From the human T2T-CHM13v2.0 reference genome, Homo sapiens, in the NCBI RefSeq assembly GCF_009914755.1, contig NC_060931.1: a stretch of 64,000 bases of DNA. The stretch is one strand, 5' to 3'. Position 1 is the first letter of the stretch, and every line of letters starts with the position of its first letter. Positions 46,012 through 64,000 of the stretch are shown here, piece after piece. A program made the position numbers and the translations under genes. The notes below the pieces were generated by a model. The model searched no databases. It was not told where the DNA came from and was given only the letters and a program-made list of their open reading frames with translations.

Positions 46012-49000
46012 GGCTAGAACATAAACCCCTCTAACAATTGACATATGGACATGAACTTTCATTCCATCTGAGAAGTCAGTAAGAACCCCTATAATAACAG
46101 TATCTAACATACTTGACTCACATTCTTTACCTTTTGGAAAGAAACAGTTTCTGGCTTTCTCACCCACTGTCACCCACCATCACCAGTTCACAACAGTATT
46201 AGCAGAAAAGATATTAAAATGGTTTCTTAATGTTCAGATGCCATCTTCTGACTTCCTTATTAAAAAAAAAAACCCTACATATATAATGCCTGTGGGCAAC
46301 TATATGCTAATTTGTAGCCTCCCTACCCTTCTGCTGCTAAATTTTTTCAAATCATTTGTTCCTGTCAGGCTGTCACAACAAAAAAAGTTTCAGGCCCTAG
46401 ACAAATACCACGTGAGGATGTATTCCTAACCTTGTTATCTCTATAACTGGTTGTAACAGAGACTCACCCCCAGAGACAGAGTGGCATTAAAGTACAGTCA
46501 AGACATTTACAAATAAATTACTGCCTGAAAAAATCATAATAAGTGAAACAGCATTTCATCCACAAAGAGCACACTTGAAAATCCGTTATCAAAGTCGATT
46601 TGCTATTTCCACCCTACATTAGCCTAATGTGATGCACACAAGGCACAGCCGGTGGTGTTCCAGCACAGACTCTCCACAAAATAAGGATTTAAGGATTTCA
46701 AACTATCTGAGAAACTGCATTACTGGTCAAGATAATGGCATTTTTATAATAAATGAAAAATAGCAGCTGAAATGCACAAGGGCATGAGATTGGGCATGAA
46801 CAATCTGGTTTAAACAGAATCCCACCATCTGCCACTACAGGCATCATTCTGAAGCAGGTCAGTGCTGCACCTATTTTAGGTTTTAAATCAGTATCAGCTA
46901 CAGTGACAGCCATGAGACAGAGGGATAACTTTTCTAACTGTCCTTTTCCATTATTGCATTGACAATAAAAACACCACCTTCCTTGCCAAAAGCTAATTTT
47001 GCCCCAACCCAAAAGACACTTTACTCCCAAAAGAACACAATCACAGTAGACAAATGGATGACTAGTTGGAAACAATGAGGACACCTTCAGTCTACATTAA
47101 ACCCTTTATACAGGTGTGGCCGGCAAGATGGACGAATAGAAAGAGCTCTTGTCTGCAGCTTCCGGAGAGATCAATGCAGAAGGCAGGTAATTTCTGCATT
47201 TCCAACTGAGGTATCTGTCTCATCTCATTGGGACTGGTTAGGCAGTGGATGCAGCCCATGGAGAGTGAGCAGAGGCAGGGTAGGGCGTTGCCTCACCTGG
47301 GAAGTACAAGAGGTTGGGGAACTCCCTCCCCTAGCCAAGGAAAGCCCTGAGGGACTGTGTCGTGAGGAACGGGGCATTCCAGGCCAGATACTACGCTTTT
47401 CCCATGGTCTTTGCAACCCACAGACGCCTACACCACCAGGGCCCTGGGTTTCAAGAACAAAACTGGGCGGCTGTTTGGGCAGACACAGACCTAGCTGCAG
47501 GTGTTTTTTTTATTTGTACCCCAGTGGCACCTGGAATGCCAGTGAGACAGAACCGTTCACTCCCCTGGAAAGGGGGCTGAGGCCAAGGAACCAAGTGGTC
47601 TAAGTCAGCAGATCCCACCCCCAGAGAGCCCAGCAAGCTAGGATCCACTGGCTTGAAATTCTCGTGCCAGCACAGCGATCTGAAGTCAACCTAGAATGCT
47701 TGAGACTGATGGCGGGAGGGGCGTCTGCCATTACTGAGGCTCGAGTAGGCCGTTGTCCCCTCAGAGTGTAAAAAAAAGCCTCCTGGAAGTTCGAGCTGGG
47801 TGGAGCCCACCACAGCTCAGCAAAGCTGCTGTAGCCAGACTGCCTCTCTAGATTTTTCCTCTCTGGGCAGGGCATCTCTAAAAGAAGGCAGCAGCCCCAG
47901 TCACGAGCTTATAGATAAAACTCCCATCTCCCTGGGACAGAGGACCTGGGGGAAGGGGCGGCTGTGGGTGCAGCTTCAGCAGACTCAAATATTCCTGCCT
48001 GCCCACTCTGAAGAGAACAGCAGAGATCCCAGCACAGCACTCCAGCTCTGCTAAGAGACAGACTGCCTCCTCAAGTGGGTCTCTGACCCCCGTGTCTCCT
48101 GACTGGGACACACCTCCAAGCAGGGGTCGACAGACACCTCATAGAGGAGAGCTCTGGCTGGCATGTGGTGAGTGCCCCTTTGGGAAGAAACTTCCAGAGG
48201 AATGAGCAGGCAGCAATCTTTGCTGTTCTGCAGGCTCCGCTGTTGATACCCAGGCAAACGGGGTCTGGAGTGGACCTCCAGCAAACTCCAGCAGACCTGC
48301 GGCAGAGGGTCCTGACTGTTAGAAGGAAAACTAACAAATGGAAAGGAATAGCATCAACATCAACAAAAAGGACATCCACACAAAAACCCCATCCGAAGGT
48401 CACCAACATCAATGACCAAAGGCAGATAAATCCACAAAGATGAGGAAAAACCAGTGCAAAAAGGCTGAAAATTCCAAAAACCAGAACACCTCTTCTCCTC
48501 CAAAGGATTACAACTCTTCACCAGCAAGGGAACAAAACTGGACGGAGAATGAGTTTGACAAATTGACAGAAGTAGGCTTCAGATGGTGGGTAATAATAAA
48601 TTCCTCCAAGGAAAAGGACATGTTCTAACTGAATGCAAGGAAGCTAAGAACCTTGAAAAAAAATTAGAGGAATGGCTAACTAGAACGACCAGTTTAGAGA
48701 AGAATATAAATGACCTGACAGAGCTGAAAAACACAGCATGAGAACTTTGTGAATCATACACGGGTATCAATAACTGAATCGATCAAGCAGAAGAAAGGAT
48801 ATCAGAGATTGAAGATCAACTTAATAAAATAAAGCATGAAGACAAGATTAGAGAAAAAAGAATGAAAAGGAACAAACAAAGTCTCTAAGAAATATGGGAC
48901 TATGTGAAAAGACCAAACCTACATTTGATTGGTGTACCTGAAAGTGATGGGGAGAATGGAACCAAGTTGGAAAACACTCTTCAGGATATTATCCAGAAGA

Positions 49001-50397
49001 ACTTTCCCAACCTAGCAAGACAGGCCAACATTCAAATTCAGGAAATACAGAGCACACCACAAAGATACTCCCCGAGAAGAGCAACCCCAAGACATAATCG
49101 TCAGATTCAGCAAGGTTGAAATGAAGGAAAAAATGTTAAGGGCAGCCAGAGAGAAACGTCCGGTTACCGACAAAGGGAAGTCCACCAGACTAGCAGCAGA
49201 TCTCTTGGGAGAAACCCTACAAGCCAGAAGAGAGTGAGGGCCAATATTCAACATTCTTAAAGAATTTTCAACCCAGAATTTCATATCTAGCGAAACTAAG
49301 TTTCATAAGCGAAGGAGAAATAAAATCCTTTACAGACAAACAAATGCTGAGAGATTTGTCACCACCAGGCCTGCCTTACAAGAGCTCCTGAAGGAAGCAC
49401 TAAATATGGAAAGGAAAAAACCAGTACCAGCCACTGCAAAAATATACCAAATTGTAAAGACCATCCACACCACGAATTAACTGCAACAACTAACAGGCAA
49501 TATAACCAGCTAGCATCATAATGACAGGATCAAATTCACACATAGAAATATTAACCTTAACTGTAAATGGGCTAAATGCCCCAATTAAAAGACACAGACT
49601 GGCAAATTGCATAAACAGTCAAGACCCATCACTGTGCTGTATTGAGGAGACCCATTTCACGTGCAAAGACACACATAGGCTCAAAATAAAGAGATGAAGG
49701 AATATTTTCCAAGCAAATGGAAAGCAAAAAAAAAAGCAGGGTTTGCAATCATAGTCTGTCATACAACAGACTTTAAACCAACAAAGATCAAAAAAGACAA
49801 AAAAGGGCATTACATAATGTTAAAGGAATCAATGCAACAAGAAGAGCTAACTATCCTAAATATAGATGCACCCAAAACAGGAGCACCCAGATTCATAAAG
49901 CAAGTTCTTACAGACCTACAAAGAGACTTAGACTCCCATGCAATAATAGTGGGAGACTTTAACACCCCACTGTCAATATTAGACAGATCAACGAGACAGA
50001 AAATTAAGAAAGATATTCAGGACTTGAACTCAGCTCTGCACCAAGCAGACCTAATAGACATCTACAGAATTCTCCACCCCAAATAAACAAAATATACATT
50101 CTTCTCACCACCACATCACACTTATTCTAAAATTGACCACATAATTGGAAGTAAAACACTCCTCAGCAAATGCAAAAGAACAGAACTCATAACAAACAGT
50201 CTCTCAGGCCACAGTGCAATCAAATTAGAACTCAGGACTAAGAAACTCACTCAGGATCGAGGAGCCAAGATGGCCGAATAGGAACAGCTCCGGTCTACAG
50301 CTCCCAGCGTGAGCGACGCAGACGACAGGTGATTTCTGCATTTCCATCTGAAGTACCGGGTTCATCTCACTAGGGAGTGCCAGACAGTGGGCGCAGG

Positions 50398-50706
50398 TCA
50401 GTGGGTGCGCGCACCTTGTGCGAGCCGAAGCAGGGCGAAGCATTGCCTCACTTGGGAAGCCCAAGGGGTCAGGGAGTTCCCTTTCCCAGTCAAAGAAAGG
50501 GGTGACGGACGGCACCTGGAAAATCGGGTCACTCCCACCCGAATACTGCGCTTTTCCGACGGGCTTAAAAAACGGCGCACCACGAGATTATATCGCGCAC
50601 CTGGCTCGGAGGGTCCTACGCCCACGGAGTCTCGCTGATTGCTAGCACAGCAGTCTGAGATCAAACTGCAAGGCGGCAGCGAGGCTGGGGGAGGGGCACA
50701 TGCCAT
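50398..50706 (-). CDS. ORF0: L1 antisense ORF0 (102 aa, open)
   Basis: MACAPPPASLPPCSLISDCCASNQRDSVGVGPSEPG...; ATG at 50706. Confidence 0.7.
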   Translation of the reverse strand: MACAPPPASLPPCSLISDCCASNQRDSVGVGPSEPGARYNLVVRRFLSPSEKRSIRVGVTRFSRCRPSPLSLTGKGNSLTPWASQVRQCFALLRLAQGARTH

Positions 50707-51161
50707 TGCCCAGGCTTGATTAGGTAAACAAAGCAGCTGGGAAGCTCGAACTGGGTGGAGCCCACCACAGCTCAAGGAGGCCTGCCTGCCTCTGTAGGCT
50801 CCACCTCTGGGGGCAGGGCACAGACAAACAAAAAGACAGCAGTAACTTCTGCAGACTTAAATGTCCCCGTCTGAGGGCTTTGAAGAGAGCAGTGGTTCTC
50901 CCAGCACGCAGCTGGAGATCTGAGAACGGGCAGACTGCCTCCTCAAGTGGGTCCCTGACCCCTGACCCCCGAGCAGCCTAACTGGGAGGCACCCCCCAGC
51001 AGGGGCACACTGACACCTCACACGGCAGGGTATTCCAATAGACCTGCAGCTGAGGGTCCTGTCTGTTAGAAGGAAAACTAACAAACAGAAAGGACATCCA
51101 CACCAAAAACCCATCTGTACATCACCATCATCAAAGACCAAAAGTAGATAAAACCACAAAG

Positions 51162-52174
51162 ATGGGGAAAAAACAGAACAGAAAAACTGGAAACTCTAAA
51201 AAGCAGAGCGCCTCTCCTCCTCCAAAGGAACGCAGTTCCTCACCAGCAACGGAACAAAGCTGGATGGAGAATGACTTTGACGAGCTGAGAGAAGAAGGCT
51301 TCAGATGATCAAATTACTCTGAGCTACGGGAGGACATTCAAACCAAAGGCAAAGAAGTTGAAAACTTTGAAAAAAATTTAGAATGTATAACTAGAATAAC
51401 CAATACAGAGAAATGCTTAAAGGAGCTGATGGAGCTGAAAACCAAGGCTCGAGAACTACGTGAGAATGCAGAAGCCTCAGGAGCCAATGCGATCAACTGG
51501 AAGAAAGGGTATCAGCGATGGAAGATGAAATGAATGAAATGAAGTGAGAAGGGAAGTTTAGAGAGAAAAGAATGAAAAGAAATGAGCAAAGCCTCCAAGA
51601 AATATGGGACTATGTGAAAAGACCAAATCTACGTCTGATTGGTGTACCTGAAAGTGATGGGGAGAATGGAACCAAGTTGGAAAACATGCTGCAGGATATT
51701 ATCCAGGAGAACTTCCCCAATCTAGCAAGGCAGGCCAACGTTCAGATTCAGGAAATACAGAGAACGCCACAAAGATACTCCTCGAGAAGAGCAACTCCAA
51801 GACACACAATTGTCAGATTCACCAAAGTTGAAATGAAGGAAAAAATGTTAAGGGCAGCCAGAGAGAAAGGTCGGGTTGCCCTCAAAGGGAAGCCCATCAG
51901 ACTAACAGCGGATCTCTCGGCAGAAACCCTACAAGCCAGAAGAGAGTGGGGGCCAATATTCAACATTCTTAAAGAAAAGAATTTCCAACCCAGAATTTCA
52001 TATCCAGCCAAACTAAGCTTCATAAGTGAAGGAGAAATAAAATACTTTACAGACAAGCAAATGCTGACCGATTTTGTCACCACCAGGCCTGCCCGAAAAG
52101 AGCTCCTGAAGGAAGCGCTAAATATGGAAAGGAACAACCGGTACCAGCCGCTGCAAAGTCATGCCAAAATGTAA
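51162..52174 (+). pseudogene. ORF1: L1 ORF1p, disrupted by stops and a frameshift
   Basis: ATG at 51162, CGA>TGA near 51306; C-terminal 200 aa still open (YPAKLS motif). Confidence 0.92.
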
Positions 52175-52222
52175 AGACCGTCGAGACTAGGAAGAAACTG
52201 CATCAACTAACGAGCAAAATAA

Positions 52223-56064
<3,842 letters not shown>

Positions 56065-56685
56065 ACAGTGAGATCACATGGACACAGGAAGGGGAATATC
56101 ACACTCTGGGGACTGTGGTGGGGTGGGGGGAGGGGGGAGGGATAGCAATGGGAGATCTACCTAATGCTAGATGACGAGATAGTGGGTGCAGCGCACCAGC
56201 ATGGCACATGTATACATATGTAACTAACCTGCAGAATGTGCACATGTACCCTAAAACTTAAAGTATAATAATAAAAAAAAATTAATAAATAAATAAATAA
56301 AAAAGAAACTCACTCAGAGCCACACAACTACATGGAAACTGAACAACCTGCTCCTGAAGGACTACTGGGTAAATAACGGAATTAAGGCACAAGTAAATAA
56401 GTTCTTTGAAACCAATGAGAACAAAGATACAACGTACTAGAATCTCTGGGACACGGCTAAAGCAGTGGTTAGAGGGAAATTTATAGCACTAAAAGCCCAC
56501 AGGAGAAAGCAGGAAAGATCTAGAGAAGCAGGAGCAAACAAATTCGAAAGCTAGATCCTTGAGGAATTGTCACACATGAGAAAGTGGGAAAGATCTAAAA
56601 TCAACACCCTAACATCACAATTAAAAGAACTAGAGAAGCAGGAGCAAACCTATTCAAAAGCTAGCAGATGACAAGAAATAACTAA

Positions 56686-56994
<309 letters not shown>

Positions 56995-57088
56995 TAAGTC
57001 AAATCCGTGAATAGACAAATAGCAAGTTCTGAAATTGAGGCAGTAATTAATAGCCTACCAACAAAAAAAAAGCCTAGGACCAGATTGA

Positions 57089-57280
<192 letters not shown>

Positions 57281-59656
57281 TGATGTGAAAATCCTCAGTA
57301 AAATACTGGCAAACTGAATCCAGCAGCCCATCAAAAAGCTTATCCACCATGATCAAGTCAGCTTCATCCCTGGGATGCAAGGCTGGTTCAACATATGCAA
57401 ATCAATAAATGTAATCCAGCATATAAACAGAACCAATGACAAAAACCACATGATTACCTCAACAGATGCAGAAAAGACCTTTGATAAAATTCGACACCCC
57501 TTCATGCTAAAAACTCTCAATAAACTAGGTATTGATGGAACGTATCTCAAAATAATAAGAGCTATTTATGACAAACCCACAGCCAATATTATACTGAATG
57601 GGCAAAAGCTGGAAGCGTTCTCTTTGAAAACTGGCACAGGACAAGGATGTCCTCTCTCATCACTCCTATTCAACATAGTATTGGAAGTTCTGGCCAGGGC
57701 AATCAGGCAAGAGAAGGAAATAAATGGTATTCAAATAGGAAGAGAGGAAGTCAAATTATCTCCGTTTGCAGATGACATGATTGTATATTTAGAAAACCCC
57801 ATCCTCTCAGCCCCAAATCTCCTTAAGCTGATAAGCAACTTCAGCAAAGTCTCAGGATACAAAATCAGTGTGCAAAAATCATAACCATTTCTATACACCA
57901 ATAATAGACAAACAGTGAGCCAAATCATGAGTGAACCCTCATTCACAATTGCTACAAAGAGAATAAAGTACCTAGGAATCCAACTTACAAGGGATGTGAA
58001 GGACCTCTTTAAGGAGAACTACAAACCACCGCCAAGGAAATAAGAGAAGACACAAACAAATGGAAAAACATTCCATGCTCATGGATAGGAAGAATCAATA
58101 TTGTAAAAATGGCCATTCTGTCCAAAGTAATTTGTAGATTCAATGCTATCCCCATCAAGCTACCAATGACTTTCTTCACAGAATTAGAAAAAACTACTTT
58201 AAATTTCATATGGAACCCAAAAAGAGCCCATATAGCCAAGACAGTCCTATGGAAAAAGAACAAAACTGGAGGCATCACACTACGTGACTTCAAACTATAC
58301 TACAACCAAAACAGCATGGTACTGGTACCAAAACAGATATATCAACCAATGGAACAGAACAGAGGCCTCAGAAATAATGCCACACATCTACAACCATCTG
58401 GTCTTTGACAAACCTGACAAAAACAAGAAATGGGGAAAGGATTCCCTATTTAATAAATGGTGTGGCTAGCCATATGCATAAAACTGAAACTGGACCACTT
58501 CCTTACACCTCATACAAAAATTAACTCAAGATGGATTAAAGATATAAATGTAAGACCTAAAACCATAAAAACTATAGAAGAAATTCTAGGCAATACCATT
58601 CAGGACAAAGTCATGGGCAAAGACTTCATAACTAAAACACCACAAGCAATGGCAACAAAAGCCAAAATTGACAAATGGGATCTTATTAAACTAAAGAGCT
58701 TCTGCACAGCAAAAGAAACTATCATCAGCGTGAACAGGCAACCTACAGAATGGGAGAACATTTTGCAATCTATCCATCTGACAAAGGGATAATATCCACA
58801 ATCTACAGGGAACTTACACAAATTTACAAGAAAAAAACAACCCCATCAGAAAGTAGGTGAAGGATATGAACAGACATTTCTCAAAAGAAGACATTTATGC
58901 GGCCAACAAACTTATGAAAAAAAGCTCAAAACCACAATGAGATACCATCTCACGCCAGTCAGAATGGCGATCATTAAAAAGTCAGAAAACAACAGATGCT
59001 GGAGAGGATATGGAGAAATAGGGATACTTTTACCCTGTTGGTGGGAGTGTAAATTAGTTCAAGCATTGTGCAAGACAGTGTGGTGATTCCTCAAGGATCT
59101 AGAACCAGAAATATCATTTGACCCAGCAATCCCATTACTGGGTATACACCCAAAGGATTATAAATCATTCTCCTATAAAGACACATGCACATGTATGTTT
59201 ATTGCAGCACTGTTCACAATAGCAAAGACTTGGAGCCAACCCATATCCACGTCAATGATAGACTGGATAAGGAAAATGTGATACATACACACCATGGAAT
59301 ACAATGCAGCCATAAAAAAGGATGAGTTTATGTCCTTTGCAGGGACATGGATGAAGCTGGAAACCATTCTCAGCAAACAAACACAGGAACAGAACACCAA
59401 ACATTGCATGTTCTCACTCATAATTGGGAGTTGAACAATAAGAACACGTAGACACAGAGAGGGGAACATCACACATCAGGGCCTGTCAGGAGGTGTAGGG
59501 CTAAGGGAGGGATAGCATTAGGAGAAATGCCTAGTGTAGGTGATGGTTGATGGGTGCAGCAAACCACCATGGCACGTATACACCTATGTAACAAACCTGC
59601 ATATTCCGCACATGTATCCCAGAACTTAAAGTATAATGATTTTAAAAAACCCTTTA

Positions 59657-59957
59657 GGCCGGGCGCGGTGGCTCACTCCTGTAATCCCAGCACTTTGGGA
59701 GGCCGAGGCGGGCGGATCACGAGGTCAGGAGATCAAGACCATCCTGGCTAACACGGTGAAACCCTGTCTCTACCAAAAATACAAAAAAATTAGCCAGGCG
59801 TGGTGGCTGGGGCCTACAGTTCCAGCTACTCAGGAGGCTGAGGCAGGAGAATGGCATGAACCCGGGAGGCGGAGTTTGCAGTGAGCCAAGATAGCGCCAC
59901 TGCAGTCCAACCTGGGCCAAAGAGTGCGACTCCGTCTCAAAACAAAACAAACAAACA
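59657..59957 (+). mobile_element. AluY (Yk-like) inserted in the 3' end/TSD of the old L1
   Basis: 'agatagcgccactgcagtcc...aaagag'; 13-bp TSD aaaaaacccttta at 59644-59656 and 59958-59970. Confidence 0.9.
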
Positions 59958-60244
59958 AAAAAACCCTTTATACAGCAGGACAAAGAAAAAGTAAGAAATT
60001 AATTGAATGATTTGCACACATATTTCTCTCTGCCAGTTTAGTATTACTCATACTAGATAAAAAGAAGACAAATGTCAGTGAAAAAAATGGCTACTCCCTG
60101 AGTTTCTCCCATTGACCCTTTTTTACAGTTTCAATATTAATTGAAGTGGCTCACTGTACTGCTTCTGTGGAATTAGGATTGGCATTAAGAGGGTGTTCTT
60201 TTTTATGAACTTTTATTATTATTTTACCTTTATGTTTATTTTTT

Positions 60245-60610
60245 TTTAGAGAGAGACTTTGAGATTTATTTTAAGGAACTGGTTCACATGATTGTTGGAA
60301 CTGCGGGTCTGAAACCTGTAGGACAGACCAGGAGGCTGAAATCTCAGGCAGGTGTTGATGCTGCAGCTTGAGACAGTCTTGAGACAGAATTTCCTCTCCT
60401 GGAAACTTCAGTTCTGCTCTTATGGCCTTCGACTAATTGGATGAGGCCCACCCACATCATCATGTGCAATCTCCTTAATTTAAAGTGGATTGATTATAGA
60501 TGTTAATCACATCTATAAAATGCCTTAATGGAAACCCCTAAATAAGTGTTTGATTAGATAACCAGGTACTATAGCTTGGGCAACTTGATGCATAAAGCCA
60601 GCCGTCGCAA
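60245..60610 (-). mobile_element. Old MLT2-type LTR fragment
   Basis: 'tttattttaaggaactggttcacatgattgt...ggatgaggcccacccacat...gtgtttgattag'. Confidence 0.7.
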
Positions 60611-60689
60611 GTATCCTTTGGGGATTTTTATGTTGTTGTTGTTGTTGTTGTTATTTTGATTGTTATTATTATTTTAATTTATTATTATT

Positions 60690-61612
60690 ATTATCAACTT
60701 TTATTTGAGATTCCAGGGGTAGATGTACAGGTTTGTTACCTGGGTGTATTGTTTGTTGCTGAGGTTTGTATGAAGGATCCGGTCACCCAAGTTCTGAGCA
60801 TAGAACCCAAGTGTTAGTTTTTCAACCACTGCCCTCTTCTCTCCTTCCCCTGATAGTAGTCTTGCATCAGTGTGACCTGGATATGAGACATGAAGTCAAA
60901 GGAGATTATTTTGGAGCTTTAAGATTTGACCGCCCTGCTGGATTTTGGACTTGCATGGAGCCTGTAGCCCCTTTGTCTCAGCTAATCTCTTCCATTTGGA
61001 ATGGCTGTATTTATCCAATGCCTATACTCCCATTGTATCTAGGAGGTAACTAACTTGCTTTTGACTTTAAAGGCTCAGACTTACCTTGTCTCAGATAAGA
61101 CTTTGGACTGTGGACTTTTGAGTTAATGCTGAAATGAGTTAAGTCTTTGGGGGAATGTTAGGAAAGCATGAATGGTTTTGAAATGTGAGGACATGAGATT
61201 TGGGTGGGGCCAGAGGTGGAATTAAATGTTTTGGCTGTGTCCCCACCCAAATTTCATTTTTAATTCTGACATGTTGTGGGAGGGACCTGGTGGGAGGTAA
61301 TTGAATCATGGGGGCAGGTCTTTCCTGTGCTGCTCTTATGGTAGTGAATATGTCTCATGATATCTGATGGCTTTATAAGGCAGAGTTTTCCTGCACAAGC
61401 TGTCTCTGCCTGCTGCCATCCATGTAAAATGTGACTTGCTCCTCCTTGCCTTCTGCCATGATTGTGAGGCTTCCCCAGCAATGTGGAACTGTAAGCCTAT
61501 TAAACCTCTTTCTTTTGTAAATTGTCCAGTCTTGGGTATGTCTTCATCAGCAGCATGAAAACAGACTAATAGGCCATCTTTATGTTCATGAGTACCCAAC
61601 ATTTAGTTTCCA
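60690..61612 (-). mobile_element. Old primate L1 (L1PA15/16- or L1PB-like) 3'UTR fragment interrupted by THE1
   Basis: 'tgtacaggtttgttacctgggt...' before the insertion and 'gagtacccaacatttagtttcc' after it. Confidence 0.65.
60862..61571 (+). mobile_element. 5'-truncated THE1 (internal 3' part plus LTR 61222-61571)
   Basis: THE1-int motifs followed by 'ttggctgtgtccccacccaaat...cagcagcatgaaaacagactaata'. Confidence 0.85.
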
Positions 61613-62574
61613 TTAAGAGGATTTTCTTACCAATGAGAATCACTCTGTCAGTGATTATCACTTTAGTAATATGCTCCATGAATTACATGTATACATTGCA
61701 TGTATTCTTTTGTGTATCTAATATTCCATTCCATTAAAAATAGTGAAAAGACATAATTGTGTTTAAAAATCCTTTGAGAAGTGATGATTCTCAAATCATC
61801 ACATGACAGGAAAGACCTGCCCCTGACTCTGTTAACTCATTGATCTAATTGAAATGGCAGGAATAAATCTCAGGGAATTACTTCAGCATCACTATCCTCG
61901 CTAAAGTGGCCATAGTCTTTGCTTTTGTTCTTAGGAGAATCTCAATCTACGAACCTTTCAGGTAGGTCTCCTTAGATCTAAGAACTTCAAGGATACAATC
62001 CAATAGGTAAACTAAATAAGGTTAATTATAATTCAAGTGTCCCACCGGTATTGTCTTCTATGGTAAGAAAATATACTGTTATCAATATAATTAGGAATTA
62101 GTGGAAAGAGCTATTAGTATCTCTATCACTACCTCCATGACGCATTATAGTTTTGTTTTAACACTGAGCCTGCTGGAAATGCTATTAACGTGCCTGTCAA
62201 AACTGAAGAATAAACATTTAGATTATAGCTTATAGACAGAGTTTAATATTTGATTCCCCAATCCTAAACAAAGACATATAATTTGTATATTTTGTAGAAA
62301 TTTTATACAAATATTTTCTGCTTACTCAAATAATAGCACATGATGCTATAAACTATGATGCTATAAAGAGAAAATAATTATACAAAGGTTAAGAGAACAA
62401 TTTTTCCAAAAGTAGAGAAGAGCTCAGTCTCACTTTCATAGCTCCACATGGAATAAGTCAATGCAGGGGATACACATTTTACATTGACCTGAAAATTAGT
62501 ATTAGTAGTTCTAATATTATGTTGATATGTTTTTAGATTGTTCACCACTTAGATCAACAAAATGAAGTGGAGTA

Positions 62575-63800
<1,226 letters not shown>

Positions 63801-64000
63801 AAAAAACAGTAAGAAAGATTAAGACCCAGGAGAATGCCGTATCACAAAAGCCAAGTGAAGGAGAAATAGAAATGGCAAATACAGAAGAGAGGACTAGGAA
63901 AAAAAAAGACTAGGAAAGGCCTCAGTTAGCTATTAGGAAAAATTAGAAGCCATATTATAGTGGAAAAATAAATAAATAAGAGGTGAATGTGTTACTATGG

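Noticed and set aside
43134-47084. Short ORFs in unique DNA
   Set aside because: 60-130 aa, mostly non-ATG starts, no recognisable domains; consistent with chance ORFs

Overview
AT-rich primate genomic DNA, probably human because it carries an AluYg6 and an AluYa5-like element. Most of the window is transposable elements. I found no intact cellular protein-coding gene, rRNA, tRNA or CRISPR array, and the long ORFs belong to transposable elements. Main structures: (1) A minus-strand MER57-type ERV1 provirus (about 4.5-18.9 kb) with both LTRs, a tRNA-Leu primer-binding site and pol/env remnants. It hosts a complete MST (MaLR) provirus, a Tigger3a and a young L1PA2-like element that has lost 1.65 kb internally but keeps an open endonuclease-less RT frame. 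(2) A Ricksha (MULE/MuDR) fossil with a FLYWCH-plus-DDE transposase behind a captured ERVL LTR, truncated at a chimeric Alu. (3) A full-length L1PA7-like element containing a full-length L1PA2-like element, with an AluY inserted in its 3' target-site duplication (TSD). The two young L1s, 40 kb apart, share many derived substitutions. A cluster of minus-strand micro-exon-like motifs at 2-4 kb may mark an unidentified host transcript. Repeat subfamily names come from remembered consensus sequences, not from a database search.
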